A stretch of 64,000 nucleotides of DNA from an uncultured virus (IMG/VR IMGVR_UViG_3300035502_001146) (taxonomy: Duplodnaviria > Heunggongvirae > Uroviricota > Caudoviricetes): the IMG/VR virus record IMGVR_UViG_3300035502_001146; one strand, 5' to 3'. A program made the position numbers and the translations under genes. A model generated the notes under the pieces. That model saw only the letters and a program-made list of their open reading frames with translations, made no database searches and was not told where the DNA came from. The stretch's first letter is position 1. Every line of letters begins with the position of its first letter. Below are positions 40,043 through 51,826 of this stretch, piece by piece.

Positions 40043-41188
40043 ATGAAAAAAATGACTATTACAGCAAAAGAAATGAAGAGCGTTATCGAAAAGGTGGCAA
40101 CGGCTATTGATAAAAAATCAGCATATATACCTTTTTTATACATAAACTTTATAAGTGATGCAGACGGAGTAAAAGTTATCGCTGGACATAGCGAACAGGC
40201 ACTTGAAATCACTCTTAATGAGTGTACGGGCGATATTGACAGTTTTGCTATTGACTTTTCAGATATTAAAGCAATAACAAAATTGAGCGGTACGCTGACT
40301 TTAAGCTATGATAGTGAAAAGAGTGTTTTAAATGTTACTTGTGGCAAAAAGTCTTTAAGCCTTAAAGGCTATGAAGTAACAGACTTTAACCACTTGAATA
40401 ACGATAGCGAAAAAGATATGTTTACAGCTAACACAAATTGGTTTATTGATACACTTAATAACCTTGTGATGTTTACATCACCCGAAAAAGCAAGACCTTC
40501 ATTGCAATGTGTAAACTTTAATAGTGCAGAAAAGCAAGTTGAAGCTTGTGACGGCTTTAGGGCGGTAACAAGAAAAATGAATATCATTGATATTAAGAAT
40601 ACTGACAGCGTACTTATTCCACAGATTGCAGTGCATATTCTTAAAAAGGCTATTGGAAAAAATACAGATAATACTATTACAGTGATACAAGGCAATAAGA
40701 GTGTTATTGTAAAAGGTGTTGACTTTAAGTATACAGTTCAAAAAGTCAATGGTAATTTTCTTAATATCAATGCACTTTTCGCTAACAGGACTGCAGAAAA
40801 TAGTGCTATGATAGATAAAAAGGACTTTATAAGCGTTTTGAAGTATGCAAATGACATTGCAGATACTGAAAAGCATAGACTTGTTATTCACGCTAACAAC
40901 AACACATTGTACTCATTTATCACAACGGGTAAAATTGAGAGTATGGATGAAATAACCGCAACAAATGTAAATATCAATAACAATTTGTACATCGGCTATA
41001 ATGCAAGATATTTGCTTGAAATATTCTCAATTCTTGATGTTGATGCAGTTGAGTACAATCCAACGGGCGATAAATCAATCACATTTTTTAGCGGTAATGA
41101 GTATAATGCTTTGGTACTTCCAGTATTGTTACAAGGTTCTTATAACTGTGAGAGTAGTGACTTAAAGGCTTTTAAAAGCAAGTTTTAA
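40043..41188 (+). CDS. dnaN: DNA polymerase III beta sliding clamp homolog
   Basis: RPSLQCV, ACDGFR, IGYNARYLLE and terminal LVLPV motifs; ~380 aa; start after GAGGAG. Confidence 0.8.
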   Translation: MKKMTITAKEMKSVIEKVATAIDKKSAYIPFLYINFISDADGVKVIAGHSEQALEITLNECTGDIDSFAIDFSDIKAITKLSGTLTLSYDSEKSVLNVTCGKKSLSLKGYEVTDFNHLNNDSEKDMFTANTNWFIDTLNNLVMFTSPEKARPSLQCVNFNSAEKQVEACDGFRAVTRKMNIIDIKNTDSVLIPQIAVHILKKAIGKNTDNTITVIQGNKSVIVKGVDFKYTVQKVNGNFLNINALFANRTAENSAMIDKKDFISVLKYANDIADTEKHRLVIHANNNTLYSFITTGKIESMDEITATNVNINNNLYIGYNARYLLEIFSILDVDAVEYNPTGDKSITFFSGNEYNALVLPVLLQGSYNCESSDLKAFKSKF

Positions 41189-41741
41189 TAATACAGTGGG
41201 TAGTTGAAAAATACTACCCACTCTTTTTATTGTATATTATTTTGAATATTATTTTGCAATTGTTTGTGCAGCCTTGCAGCGTATTTACAATGTATTTACG
41301 GCTTATTTACAGCGTGGTTTATATTTAAGTAGTGAATTATACAGCGGTTAAATAAAAACCCTATACAAGGCAATATGAACGATTTTAAGGGCATATTATA
41401 AGTATGCAATACAGCTTAAATGTTGCCGAATAGATATTTTACAATATTAAAAAGCGTTTTATAATATAGGTTATATTCTATATTCTTGTATGCAGATGAG
41501 TTACTCAATAAATATAAAAGTTATATCTAATTTTTTAAATGCTTAATAAATCATTTAATAAGAGTTTTTTGCATAACGGCTGTATAGTATAAAAGTTATA
41601 ATAAATATAGGTTATAAGTATTACAAAACCTATTGACTTTTTTTGAAAAAGTGGTATAATAGTATATGTAATCAAGTGATTACAAAATAAACCTTAAAAA
41701 ATTTTGAACATAGCCTATGAAAAGGCAAGGAGGAAAAAATT

Positions 41742-42029
41742 ATGGATAATAAATATGAAGCTTGTATGGTAGTAGTTTGCGATAATATTGATTTTGATAA
41801 ATTCTTTAACCTTGTACAGCCTTGTAAGGCTGGAGATGTTGAGGATTTTGGTAGTGTGCTTGTGTATGATAACGATGCACTTGCAGAATACCTTGATGCT
41901 TTGGTATCACTCTTTAATAAGTGTGAGGGCGGTTATAAGGCTTATGTGGTGGATAATGATGGTAATATGTATACTCATTGTAATGAAGTGGGTACTGAAT
42001 TATTCGCTGATTATAACTTTAGCTTGTAA
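41742..42029 (+). CDS. Hypothetical acidic protein
   Basis: Own promoter, RBS and terminator. Confidence 0.7.
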   Translation: MDNKYEACMVVVCDNIDFDKFFNLVQPCKAGDVEDFGSVLVYDNDALAEYLDALVSLFNKCEGGYKAYVVDNDGNMYTHCNEVGTELFADYNFSL

Positions 42030-42275
42030 TCAATACATAAGGGTGGATTTTTTCCACCTTTATTTTTTTAAATACTTATTAAATGATTTATTAAGATATT
42101 TTAAAAAACCGCCTGTATAATATAAAAGTTATAATGATTATAAATATTAAGTATTTAAAAAACTATTGACAATTTTTAAAAAGTATGATATACTATTATT
42201 ACAGTAAAGGAAACGCAAAAATGACTTTACTGAATAACCTTTAGGAATTTTATATATTATAAGGAGGATAACACT

Positions 42276-42869
42276 ATGGGATGGACTTCAACACACGCAA
42301 CAAATTATAAAAACGGGAAGGTCGACAAAAAGGCTGAATGCGATAAATTATTTACGCAAAGTGAGCATTATTGGAATGATGGTGATTATTCACCAAAGTT
42401 TACAGTGTTGAAATCAGCCGTTGTAGGTAGTACCTATTACGCCGCTGTTGAGCGTGTAAACAATAAAGAAAACACAAGGATTGTATATGGTGTGGTTTGT
42501 TTAACATCTGTTGACAATAAGGATTATTTCAATTTTTCTTATAAGGAATTAGATGAAACGGAAGGACCATATGAGTATGATTGCCCAAAGAGTATACTTA
42601 AACTGTTATCTCCAACAGATAGTGAATACGCTTTAAATTGGAGAAAACAATGTATTGAAAAGGCTAATAGCAAGACAACAAAATCAAGTGCATTGAAAAA
42701 GATTGATTTTGGAGCTAAAGTCAAGGTTAAAACTAAAAACGGAAATGAGTATACTGTTATTAAGATGAAGCCTAACCATCAGTTTAAGCAATATTGGTGG
42801 ATGGTTGAAGGTAGTACATCTTATTTACCAAAGTCATATATCGACAGTTATGAATTGATAGCCGAATAA
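42276..42869 (+). CDS. DUF6927-like protein
   Basis: MGW, YYAAVE, YKELDETEGP...DCP..IL..LSPT...A..WR motifs. Confidence 0.65.
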   Translation: MGWTSTHATNYKNGKVDKKAECDKLFTQSEHYWNDGDYSPKFTVLKSAVVGSTYYAAVERVNNKENTRIVYGVVCLTSVDNKDYFNFSYKELDETEGPYEYDCPKSILKLLSPTDSEYALNWRKQCIEKANSKTTKSSALKKIDFGAKVKVKTKNGNEYTVIKMKPNHQFKQYWWMVEGSTSYLPKSYIDSYELIAE

Positions 42870-43357
42870 AAATAAAGGTGGGAGAAATCCCACCTATTTT
42901 TATATTTAAAAAGTTTGTTAAAAAGTCACACAATATTGTTAAATTTTTAACAATCCAGTTCCCCCGTTGTTTTATTAAATAATTTAATAAGATATTTATT
43001 CGGTTTGGTTTTTCTGAATATATAAATATTTAAAATACAAAAACTTAACTTATAAACATCTAATTTATAATTACTTAAATATTCCCTTGTATATTGCTTG
43101 TATTCGGCTGTATTTGAGTATATATTTAATTTACCATAAAACACTACTATAAATAATTAAGATTCAATATATAAGCGTATAACAGGCTTTACAGCCGTTT
43201 TTTATTTTAAATATAATTTATATTCCCGTATAGAATTTTTTTATTAGAAATTAAAAAATAATGCTTGACAATAAATAAAAAATGTGATATTATAGTATTG
43301 TCAAAGGGAACAGACAACAAACACAATACACTATTTACTATTAAGGAGGAAAACAAT

Positions 43358-43675
43358 ATGGAAAAGGATAATAAACAATATATAAGTATTGAATGCGGAG
43401 ATACCGCAAAGGAAATTTTTGTAAAGGAATTAAAAGACCTTATTACTGAAAATACTCATTTAGTCGGCGGTGTTGAGTGTAATCTTTTATTACTCAATGA
43501 AATTAGCGTTGCTGATTGTGATAGAGTATTAGCTGCGTTAGATAAGGTTGACGATGAGGATAAAAAACACGATTGGGAATATGCTTATTATGTAATCCGT
43601 TTTGACGATAATACAAAGTTAGAATATGAATTATATAATAAACAAGGTAAATGTATAAAATATAATCACTGTTAA
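43358..43675 (+). CDS. Hypothetical protein
   Basis: Promoter, AAGGAGG RBS, terminator. Confidence 0.7.
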   Translation: MEKDNKQYISIECGDTAKEIFVKELKDLITENTHLVGGVECNLLLLNEISVADCDRVLAALDKVDDEDKKHDWEYAYYVIRFDDNTKLEYELYNKQGKCIKYNHC

Positions 43676-44166
43676 AAAACAAAAGGGATAACCTATAAAA
43701 GGGTTATCCTTTTTTTAAGCTTTTCAATCAATACTTATTAAATGATTTATTAAACACTTAAATAAAAAATTCTATGATTATTTTTTAATTATCCTATAGA
43801 TGCGGAAATTTCTTTATATGCTCAACTTGTTTTTATTTATTTTCTCTAATTATCTTTTTTAATTATTCTTTTTACCCACATATAACCGCCGTAACAGGCT
43901 GTATAAGACTATATAATCAATTCAATAAAGAAATATACTATAAAATTAAATACCGCCTTAAAACTTAAAATAAATGCTTATAACAGGGATTGTAATATTT
44001 TCTATTATAAGAATTTTTATAGGGATTTTTTTAATAAAAATATTTAAAAAATTTAAAATTGGGTATTGACAAATAACAGAATATGTGGTATTATAATATT
44101 AGTTCAAGGGAACACCCAAAGAACACAACACACGATATAACTATTATCTTTAAGGAGGATAACATT

Positions 44167-44376
44167 ATGGATAACACTATGGAGAAATTTGTAAACTTTA
44201 TGGATAGGCTTGAAAAGTTGTACGATAAAGGGTTGTGCTGTGACTATGAAATATTGCAAATCAAAATAAGAGAAATTGAAAAGTTAAAGGCTGAATATAC
44301 GGCTCAACTTGAATATATCCTTTTAAGAAATAGAATAAACTTAGAAGTTGAAAATATGGTACAAAATATTAAGTGA
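44167..44376 (+). CDS. Hypothetical protein
   Basis: Promoter, AAGGAGG RBS, terminator. Confidence 0.65.
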   Translation: MDNTMEKFVNFMDRLEKLYDKGLCCDYEILQIKIREIEKLKAEYTAQLEYILLRNRINLEVENMVQNIK

Positions 44377-44753
44377 TTAGGATAATACAACGGATAGGTG
44401 AAAAAAGCCTATCCGTTATATTTTAAATAAATGTTTAATAAATCATTTAATAAGATATTTATAAAATATTTAATAGAATATCTTTTCATTATTCAAAATA
44501 TAATTTAAAACATAATATTTTTAAATAATAAATTATTTAATAAACCCTTCGCAGCTCAATCCTGTATAGGTTTTCTATTATAATAATTTAACAATTCATA
44601 AAAACAAACAATAGACTTTTCAAAAAAAAGTTTTAAAAAACTATTGACAATAAACAGAATTTATGTTATAATATATTCACAAGGTTGAGAGAGGGAACAC
44701 CAAACAAGACCTTAGAACCTTAAAAAAATTTACTATTCAAGGAGGACACAAAT

Positions 44754-45809
44754 ATGTCAAAATCTATTACTTCTATTATGAACGAACTTGCTAACAATAA
44801 TGCAAAGGTTATTTACGCAAAGGATTACAAGCGTATCACCGCAAAGGTGAATGACAACTTTGATATGTTTAAGGCTGATGAGGAAACGATTATTACACCA
44901 CTTGCTAACAATCTTGTTACCAATGGTATGGAATTGAATTTCTCAATCAGAAATAAAATCAATGGAGTGGTTCAGCTGAACCCAAAGACAGCAAAGGCAG
45001 TCGGTTTGGATAAGACCATCAGATGTCACATTTACAGAAATCAGTCATATGTTATGAATGGTTCTGTAAACATTCCAACTATGAGCGTTATCGTTCCTAA
45101 AAAGTTTGTTGAAAATATGGACTTTTTGGAAAATGTAAAGGAATATTCAGAAAATGAGGTTAAAGCAAATGTTAGCTTGCTGAATAGACCTATTACAGAC
45201 GATACGGCGGTTGACAACAAGAAGTTGTTTGGTATGATTGAGGTACTCAATAATGCAAGTATCAAGAATAAAGTTGCAAAGCACTTGAATAAAGAGAATT
45301 TCCCTAATCAGTATTCAAGTATGTACACTGCAGAACAGATTGAAATTCTCAAACAATATGGTATCACATCAGACAATGTGTATGAGGGTATCGACAACGA
45401 AAAAGAAGTCAGCGGTGCAAGACAGACAAGAGAAATTGAGGTTTATATTAAAGGTCTTAAAACAGTACCTTCAATCAATGCAACACTTAAAAAGATTGAG
45501 GGTGGCAAGAAGTTGAATGCTTTTGATACAGCTATCAAGAATGAACTTGATAAGCAGAATAATATCCTTGCAAATATGGATATGGACGAAAAGAGAGAAT
45601 ATCTCAAAGACCTTGTAAAGAGAACAGGTGTAAAGGTAGCCAATGCAAGAGTAACACTCAACACAAGCAAGGCGATGGCAATTCTTAACAATACATTGTT
45701 TAACAATGCGGTTGAAAAGAAGTCAAAGGATAATACAACAACTTATGAGGTTGATTGTGACGGAAATACACTTGTAATCAACGATAAGTTTGCTGATGTG
45801 GCAATTTAA
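44754..45809 (+). CDS. Hypothetical protein, paralog of 57872-58948
   Basis: Full-length similarity (AKVIYAK, AKAVGLDKTI.C, DVAI). Confidence 0.8.
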   Translation: MSKSITSIMNELANNNAKVIYAKDYKRITAKVNDNFDMFKADEETIITPLANNLVTNGMELNFSIRNKINGVVQLNPKTAKAVGLDKTIRCHIYRNQSYVMNGSVNIPTMSVIVPKKFVENMDFLENVKEYSENEVKANVSLLNRPITDDTAVDNKKLFGMIEVLNNASIKNKVAKHLNKENFPNQYSSMYTAEQIEILKQYGITSDNVYEGIDNEKEVSGARQTREIEVYIKGLKTVPSINATLKKIEGGKKLNAFDTAIKNELDKQNNILANMDMDEKREYLKDLVKRTGVKVANARVTLNTSKAMAILNNTLFNNAVEKKSKDNTTTYEVDCDGNTLVINDKFADVAI

Positions 45810-46355
45810 TAAATAAAAGGGAACGGCTGAAATAGCCGTTCTTTTTTGGGCAAAAAGTTTGTTAAATATTTTTACAATATTGTTAAATTTTTAACAATTT
45901 AGTTCCCATATTTTTATTAAATTATTTAATAAGCATTTTTACTTTTCACTATTAAATAATTTATTAAGCAAATGATTTTTTAAAAAATATAAACACCCTT
46001 TAAAATCTCTTATACGGCTTATATACAGCCGTTTATTTTTATATTAAGAATTACATATATAATAATTAAACTCTTATTATACAGCCGAATACAGCATTAC
46101 AGCAGTGTTTATACACGCAGCTCACGCAGCAGCGATTATATATTTTTTCCATCTATTTTTTTATATACGCTTTTCTAAGTATAATTTTCTAAGTATAATT
46201 TTCTAATCATAAATTTTCCTAATCATAAACTTAAATAATTTAAAAAGTATTTATTTTTTTAAAAAGTACTTGACAATAAACAAAAAAAGTAGTATAATGA
46301 TAACAATCAACAAACTTTAATAACCTATAAAAAATAAATAAGGAGTGAATTAAAA

Positions 46356-46832
46356 ATGATTAAAACATTTGTTTTTGATAAAATTGATGGGTATAAATGT
46401 GGCTTGAAAAATTGCATACCTACTGTAACAATAGAATGTGAGGAGTCAGCAGACGGATTGGTTTTTTCTGCAAGCTGTAAATTATACAATCATACCCAAA
46501 CACAGGTAATAGAAAATAATTTTGATTATCTGTATAACAATTTTAAAGATTTACAGGCTAATGAATTATTTTCTGAATTATATATGCTTTGGAAAAATTA
46601 TAATAATAATGATTGCCGTGTGGGTACAATAGAACAGGAAAAAGCAATAAACTATGCTATAGATAATGGTTATACTACTCCATGGGATATTTTATCTAAT
46701 ATTAATTATTTAAAATCAATCAATCTTTTTGAGGTTAAATATAATGGTGGTGTGTATAAGTATGGAACAGGTTTTATATATAATCCTATACCGACAGCAG
46801 ATACTAATTTAATAAAAAGCCTTTTTGATTAA
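46356..46832 (+). CDS. Hypothetical protein, paralog of 39135-39635
   Basis: Shared motif with 39135-39635. Confidence 0.75.
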   Translation: MIKTFVFDKIDGYKCGLKNCIPTVTIECEESADGLVFSASCKLYNHTQTQVIENNFDYLYNNFKDLQANELFSELYMLWKNYNNNDCRVGTIEQEKAINYAIDNGYTTPWDILSNINYLKSINLFEVKYNGGVYKYGTGFIYNPIPTADTNLIKSLFD

Positions 46833-46951
46833 AAAGTACTTGACAATAAACAGAATTTATGCTATAATATATTTATCAAGTTAAGAACGCAAATATAAAA
46901 ATTAGCTTGAAAAAAATCAATAATTTTTAATTATTTAAGGAGGATTTATTT

Positions 46952-47908
46952 ATGAACATTAAATTATTTGAAAAGTTTGCACAGGGTGTAAAGGAAAATA
47001 AAAGTCAGTTTATATTTGAGATTCAAGAAAAAGGATATACAGAACCTCAAATATATTCAGTAGTAGTAGATGACATTTTTGGAGCTAAGTATGTCTATTA
47101 TGAATACTCATACGATAGAGAAGAATTAATCGAACATTTGATAAACGGGGAACACAAGAGAATGACTTTTGCAATGTTAGTAAAGGATAATAAATATCTT
47201 GTTGACGAATGGGTTTTTGCAAGCAGAGATGAAACGGCATTTCCCAACAATGTAAAAACTTTTACAGAGGTTTCAGATGAATATAAAGCTATTTATGAAA
47301 CAGAAATAAAGAAGTTTTACAATGATATTAAAGTCAATACCGATTTTTCAGAAGAAAAAATTTCAACTATGAGAAATGATGCAAGGCGTTATCAACTGAA
47401 AAATTTGAATGTATTCGATGAGCAAAGAGAGTATATAACAGAAAAGAAGTTATCACATACAGATATATTAAAGGCTGAAATCGGTTATGCTCCAAAAGAA
47501 GAAATCATTGAAAAGGTTGTAAAATCAAACGAAAAAGATTTTGTATGGTTGAAATCAAGAGTTCAATATATTGAAAATTTGATTGCTAACAATGATACAG
47601 TTGAACAGTGGGAAATTGATATTACAAAGCCTTTAAATGCAATCAAAGATGTAGCAAAGACAGTAAATGTTACATTTGAATTGAACGGAATAACAGGTTC
47701 AGAAAAAGTTGAAATTAAGAAAGTTATTGACTATGTTATTGATAGAAATACATTTAGTCATTACAGTTTTGCTAATGGTGCAAAAGGAAAAGAGTTACTG
47801 AAAAAGTTAAATGCTAAAGACATTTCGTTGAATGGAACACCTTTAACAACTGAAAGCATTGTAAAGATTACTTATGGTAAAAATGTATTATTCGAAAGAC
47901 AATTTTGA
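46952..47908 (+). CDS. Hypothetical protein (family B)
   Basis: Similar to 48146 and 49305 (AKYVY, ARRYQL, KIT...VLFE). Confidence 0.8.
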   Translation: MNIKLFEKFAQGVKENKSQFIFEIQEKGYTEPQIYSVVVDDIFGAKYVYYEYSYDREELIEHLINGEHKRMTFAMLVKDNKYLVDEWVFASRDETAFPNNVKTFTEVSDEYKAIYETEIKKFYNDIKVNTDFSEEKISTMRNDARRYQLKNLNVFDEQREYITEKKLSHTDILKAEIGYAPKEEIIEKVVKSNEKDFVWLKSRVQYIENLIANNDTVEQWEIDITKPLNAIKDVAKTVNVTFELNGITGSEKVEIKKVIDYVIDRNTFSHYSFANGAKGKELLKKLNAKDISLNGTPLTTESIVKITYGKNVLFERQF

Positions 47909-48145
47909 AAAGACGATTTTGAAAAATAAGGTGGTGATTATTTAAGGGTGAAACTATTCACCCTTTTTATTTGCTGAATATTTAAAGTTTAGTAGCGTAA
48001 ACATATAATTATAAACTTATAACAAATATAAATATTTAGTATTTGAAATTTATTACTTTATTTGTTATAATATACTTAGTGATTAAATAATAAATATTTG
48101 ATTTTCTAAGCGTAAACAAAAATATTTTATAAGGAGGATTTATTT

Positions 48146-49105
48146 ATGGACAATATGATAAGATACGGTTGGAGTGCTGAATTGTTTGAAAAATTTGCAC
48201 AAGGAATAAAGGAAAACAAAAATCACTTTATGTTTGAAATTCAAATAGAAAAAGAAAATAACCCACGAATATATTCTGTAATAGTGGATAATGTTTTAGG
48301 TGCTAAATATGTTTATTCTGAATATGAATATGACAAAGAATATTTAACTGAAAAATTAGTAAAAGGAAATCTTAGTAATAGAGATTTTTCAATGTTAGTA
48401 AAAGATGATAACTATATTATCGATGAACATATTTTTAAGGTTACAGATAGAACAGCATTACCCGATAACATAAAAACATTTATAAGTATTAGACAGGAAT
48501 ATGATGCACTTTATGAAACGGAAATGAAAAAGTTTTATAATGATATTGTTGAGGTTGATACTAATTTTTCAGAAGAGAATATTTCAGATATGAAATACGA
48601 TGCAAGGTATTTTCAATTTTATAACCTAAATGTATTCGATACTTTGAAATGCAATACAACAAAAAAGAAATTATCATATTCAGATATATTAAAAGCTGAA
48701 ATCGGTTATACACAAAAAGAAGAAGTAATTAAAAATATTGTAAAATCAAATGAAAAAGAACTTATATGGTTAAAATCAAAGGCAATATATATTGAAAACT
48801 TAATTGCCAATAACGAAGTTGTTGAGCAATGGGAATTAGATATTGTAAGACCTTTAATTGCAATTAAAGATATTGCAAAAACAGCAAATGTTACATTTGA
48901 ATTAAATGGGATAACAGGTACAGAAAAAATAAATATTAATAATCTTATTGATTGTATTTTTGATAAAAAGCAAATTTCTTGTTATGAATTTAGTAACTTC
49001 TCAAAAGGGAGAGAATTGCTGAATAAATTAAATGCAAGCTATAGATTGGCAGCTGAAAGCATTGTAAAAATTACTTATAATAAAAATGTATTATTCGAAA
49101 AGTAA
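48146..49105 (+). CDS. Hypothetical protein (family B)
   Basis: Paralog of 46952-47908. Confidence 0.8.
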   Translation: MDNMIRYGWSAELFEKFAQGIKENKNHFMFEIQIEKENNPRIYSVIVDNVLGAKYVYSEYEYDKEYLTEKLVKGNLSNRDFSMLVKDDNYIIDEHIFKVTDRTALPDNIKTFISIRQEYDALYETEMKKFYNDIVEVDTNFSEENISDMKYDARYFQFYNLNVFDTLKCNTTKKKLSYSDILKAEIGYTQKEEVIKNIVKSNEKELIWLKSKAIYIENLIANNEVVEQWELDIVRPLIAIKDIAKTANVTFELNGITGTEKININNLIDCIFDKKQISCYEFSNFSKGRELLNKLNASYRLAAESIVKITYNKNVLFEK

Positions 49106-49304
49106 TATAAATATTTTGTAAAGGGTGGATTTTTCCACCCTCTTTTATTTTTTATAAGTAAATAATAAATCATTTAATAACTGCACAGGGATATAATTAT
49201 AAAACTATAATAAATATAGATTTATAGTATTTGCAATTTATACAGTAATATGCTATAATATACTTGTAAACAAAAAACGAACTATCGAAGGAGGAATTTT
49301 TGAT

Positions 49305-50393
49305 ATGAAATCTTATGAATGTATAAAAAATTGGGGATGGAATACCGAACTATTCAACAGCATTAAAAAAGGTCTTAGTGAAAATGACGGCGATTTTATA
49401 ATCACATTGAATGAAAAAAATCATTACGCTGTTATCGTTAGAAAAGTATTTGATGCAAAGTATGTATATGCTGAAAAGTATTGTTCAAGAGAAAAAGCAT
49501 TTGAAAAACTTATTCTCAATGATATAATAACAAGACCTATTATGATTGAAAAAGACAATGTTTATTATATCAAAAATGCGTTTGATTTTGCTCCATCTGA
49601 AAAGAACAGTGAATTTCCAGACGATAATGTAAAATTTTTATCCGATATTTCAGAGGAATATTCAGAACGCTATGAGCGTGAAACTGAAAATCTTTACAAC
49701 GATATAGAGGTTGATTATCCCGAAGATGGGTACACAGAATTTTATATTACAGAATTAGAAAAAATCTATGATAAGATTGGAAGGGAGTTTGATATAGAAA
49801 AGATTGAAAAAGGAATTTTCAATCTTAAAGCAACAGCAAGAAGATATCAATTGTTTGGTACAGATGTTTCAAAAGTAGCACAGCAAGCAATAAAAGAAAT
49901 AATAAATAGTAATACTCATATAATTACTCAATTTGATGTTTTAAACGATATTCTTGGTTATACTTCTATTGAAGATACAATCAATAATACAGTATCTTTA
50001 GTTAAAGAAAAAATCAAAGAGGTAAAGTTGCGTGAAGGTTATATTGAAATGTTAATCAATAATAACTTAACAACAGAACAGTATGAAAGAGATATTACAA
50101 AATCTTTAAATGCTGTTTCCGATAAGGTGAAAACAGTATATGTTACATTTACATTATCTGAAACACCTAACACAAAGATTGAGGAATACAAGAGAAAAGA
50201 TATAACCGAAAAAATCAATGTTTATACTTTGATTAAACATATCGAAGAAAAGTTAGACTTTAAGGCTTCTGAATTTATAAAAAAAGAGTGGTTAGGTTGG
50301 AACTCAATTTTTACAGAATTAAATAAAATTGATTTACCTATTGAAAACATTTCAAAAATCACTCACAGAAAAACAGTTATGTTTGAAAGATAG
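49305..50393 (+). CDS. Hypothetical protein (family B)
   Basis: Paralog of 46952-47908. Confidence 0.8.
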   Translation: MKSYECIKNWGWNTELFNSIKKGLSENDGDFIITLNEKNHYAVIVRKVFDAKYVYAEKYCSREKAFEKLILNDIITRPIMIEKDNVYYIKNAFDFAPSEKNSEFPDDNVKFLSDISEEYSERYERETENLYNDIEVDYPEDGYTEFYITELEKIYDKIGREFDIEKIEKGIFNLKATARRYQLFGTDVSKVAQQAIKEIINSNTHIITQFDVLNDILGYTSIEDTINNTVSLVKEKIKEVKLREGYIEMLINNNLTTEQYERDITKSLNAVSDKVKTVYVTFTLSETPNTKIEEYKRKDITEKINVYTLIKHIEEKLDFKASEFIKKEWLGWNSIFTELNKIDLPIENISKITHRKTVMFER

Positions 50394-50668
50394 TTTTTGA
50401 AAGATAAATATTTAAAAAATTAAAGGGTGAATAATTTCACCCTTTTTTATTTACAAAAAAGTTTATATTTTTAAATATTTAATAAATGATTTAATAATAT
50501 TTAAAACAACAATTATCCTTATATAACTATAGACATATAATAAATATAGGTTTATAGTATTTGATTTTTTCAGAATAGTATGTTATAATATATTTAGAAG
50601 TTAAGAATAAGACTTAACCTTCTAATCGTAAACAAAATAAACTTTAGACTTTGAAAGGAGCATTTTTT

Positions 50669-50959
50669 ATGAAAACAATTTATCTTATGACAGTCATTCA
50701 CAGTTTTGATGCAGATAAACTTACAAAGGCATTTTTAACGGAGGAAGAAGCTATTAAAGCAATGAATAAATGGATTGAAGATGCTGTTAAGCAAGAAGAA
50801 GAAATCGGAAACTATACACCACAAATTGTGGAAGTTGACGAAAACGAAAAGACAATACACTATAATAATGCAAATGAAGATTATTATGAAGATTATTCAA
50901 CAGTTTATATTACAAGTGCTGAACTTGATGCTGAAATACTTTATAAATTATGTCGTTGA
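50669..50959 (+). CDS. Hypothetical acidic protein, paralog of 62893-63189
   Basis: YLMTV.H..D.D...KAF.TE.EAI.AMN.W motif. Confidence 0.75.
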   Translation: MKTIYLMTVIHSFDADKLTKAFLTEEEAIKAMNKWIEDAVKQEEEIGNYTPQIVEVDENEKTIHYNNANEDYYEDYSTVYITSAELDAEILYKLCR

Positions 50960-51403
50960 AAAAAATGAGAGTGGATTTTTTCCACTCTTTTTTATTTGAT
51001 GAATTTTTAGTGTGGTACAATTATCCCACAATTATACCACAGATATTTAGCAAATACCACGCAGCATACAATGCGTTTATATGGCTTATATACAAGGGTT
51101 AATTATTTAGCGGAGAATTTATTTAAGTATTTATTTAACCGCCTTATATGGCTAATTTAAGCTGTTTTAAATGTATATTTATATGATTTATTTTAAATAA
51201 TATTTTTTTTAAATAATGAACTTTATTTAATTAGCTCATATATATAAAAACATTCTTTTTTAAAAAATTTTTTCTAAATATTCTCTTATAAACAAATATT
51301 TTAAAAAATAAAATTAGGTATTGACAAATAACAGAATGTATGCTATAATAATACTTGTAAATAGGAAATACAAAAACTAATATGAAAGGGTAAAGGTGAT
51401 TAT

Positions 51404-51595
51404 ATGTCATTCGAATTTGAAAACAAAGAGGTAGTTAAGTATCACGCAGCACACGATATCAACGGCAACAAAATTGCAAAACTGTTTTACGCTGATGGTA
51501 CAACTGAAATTGTGAGAGGTAGCAGAAGTTGCACATTGCCTATTATTTCAGACAAGTTTTACAAGTCATTATCAGGCTTATATAGAAGTAAGTGA
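51404..51595 (+). CDS. Small hypothetical protein
   Basis: Own promoter and terminator. Confidence 0.65.
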   Translation: MSFEFENKEVVKYHAAHDINGNKIAKLFYADGTTEIVRGSRSCTLPIISDKFYKSLSGLYRSK

Positions 51596-51826
51596 TTTAT
51601 AGAAGGTGGAGTTTTCTCCACCTTTTTTTATTTTTCTAACCCTTCTTAATAAATGGTTTAATAACACGCAGCGTAAATAATTAACAATTAAAAAAATAAG
51701 AAAAAACATTTTAATAAATAATTTAAAATATTTTTAAAAAAGTACTTGACAATAAATAGAATGTATGCTATAATAATACTTGTAAACAACAAAACACAGT
51801 TTTTAAGATTGAGAGGAGAATGCACA

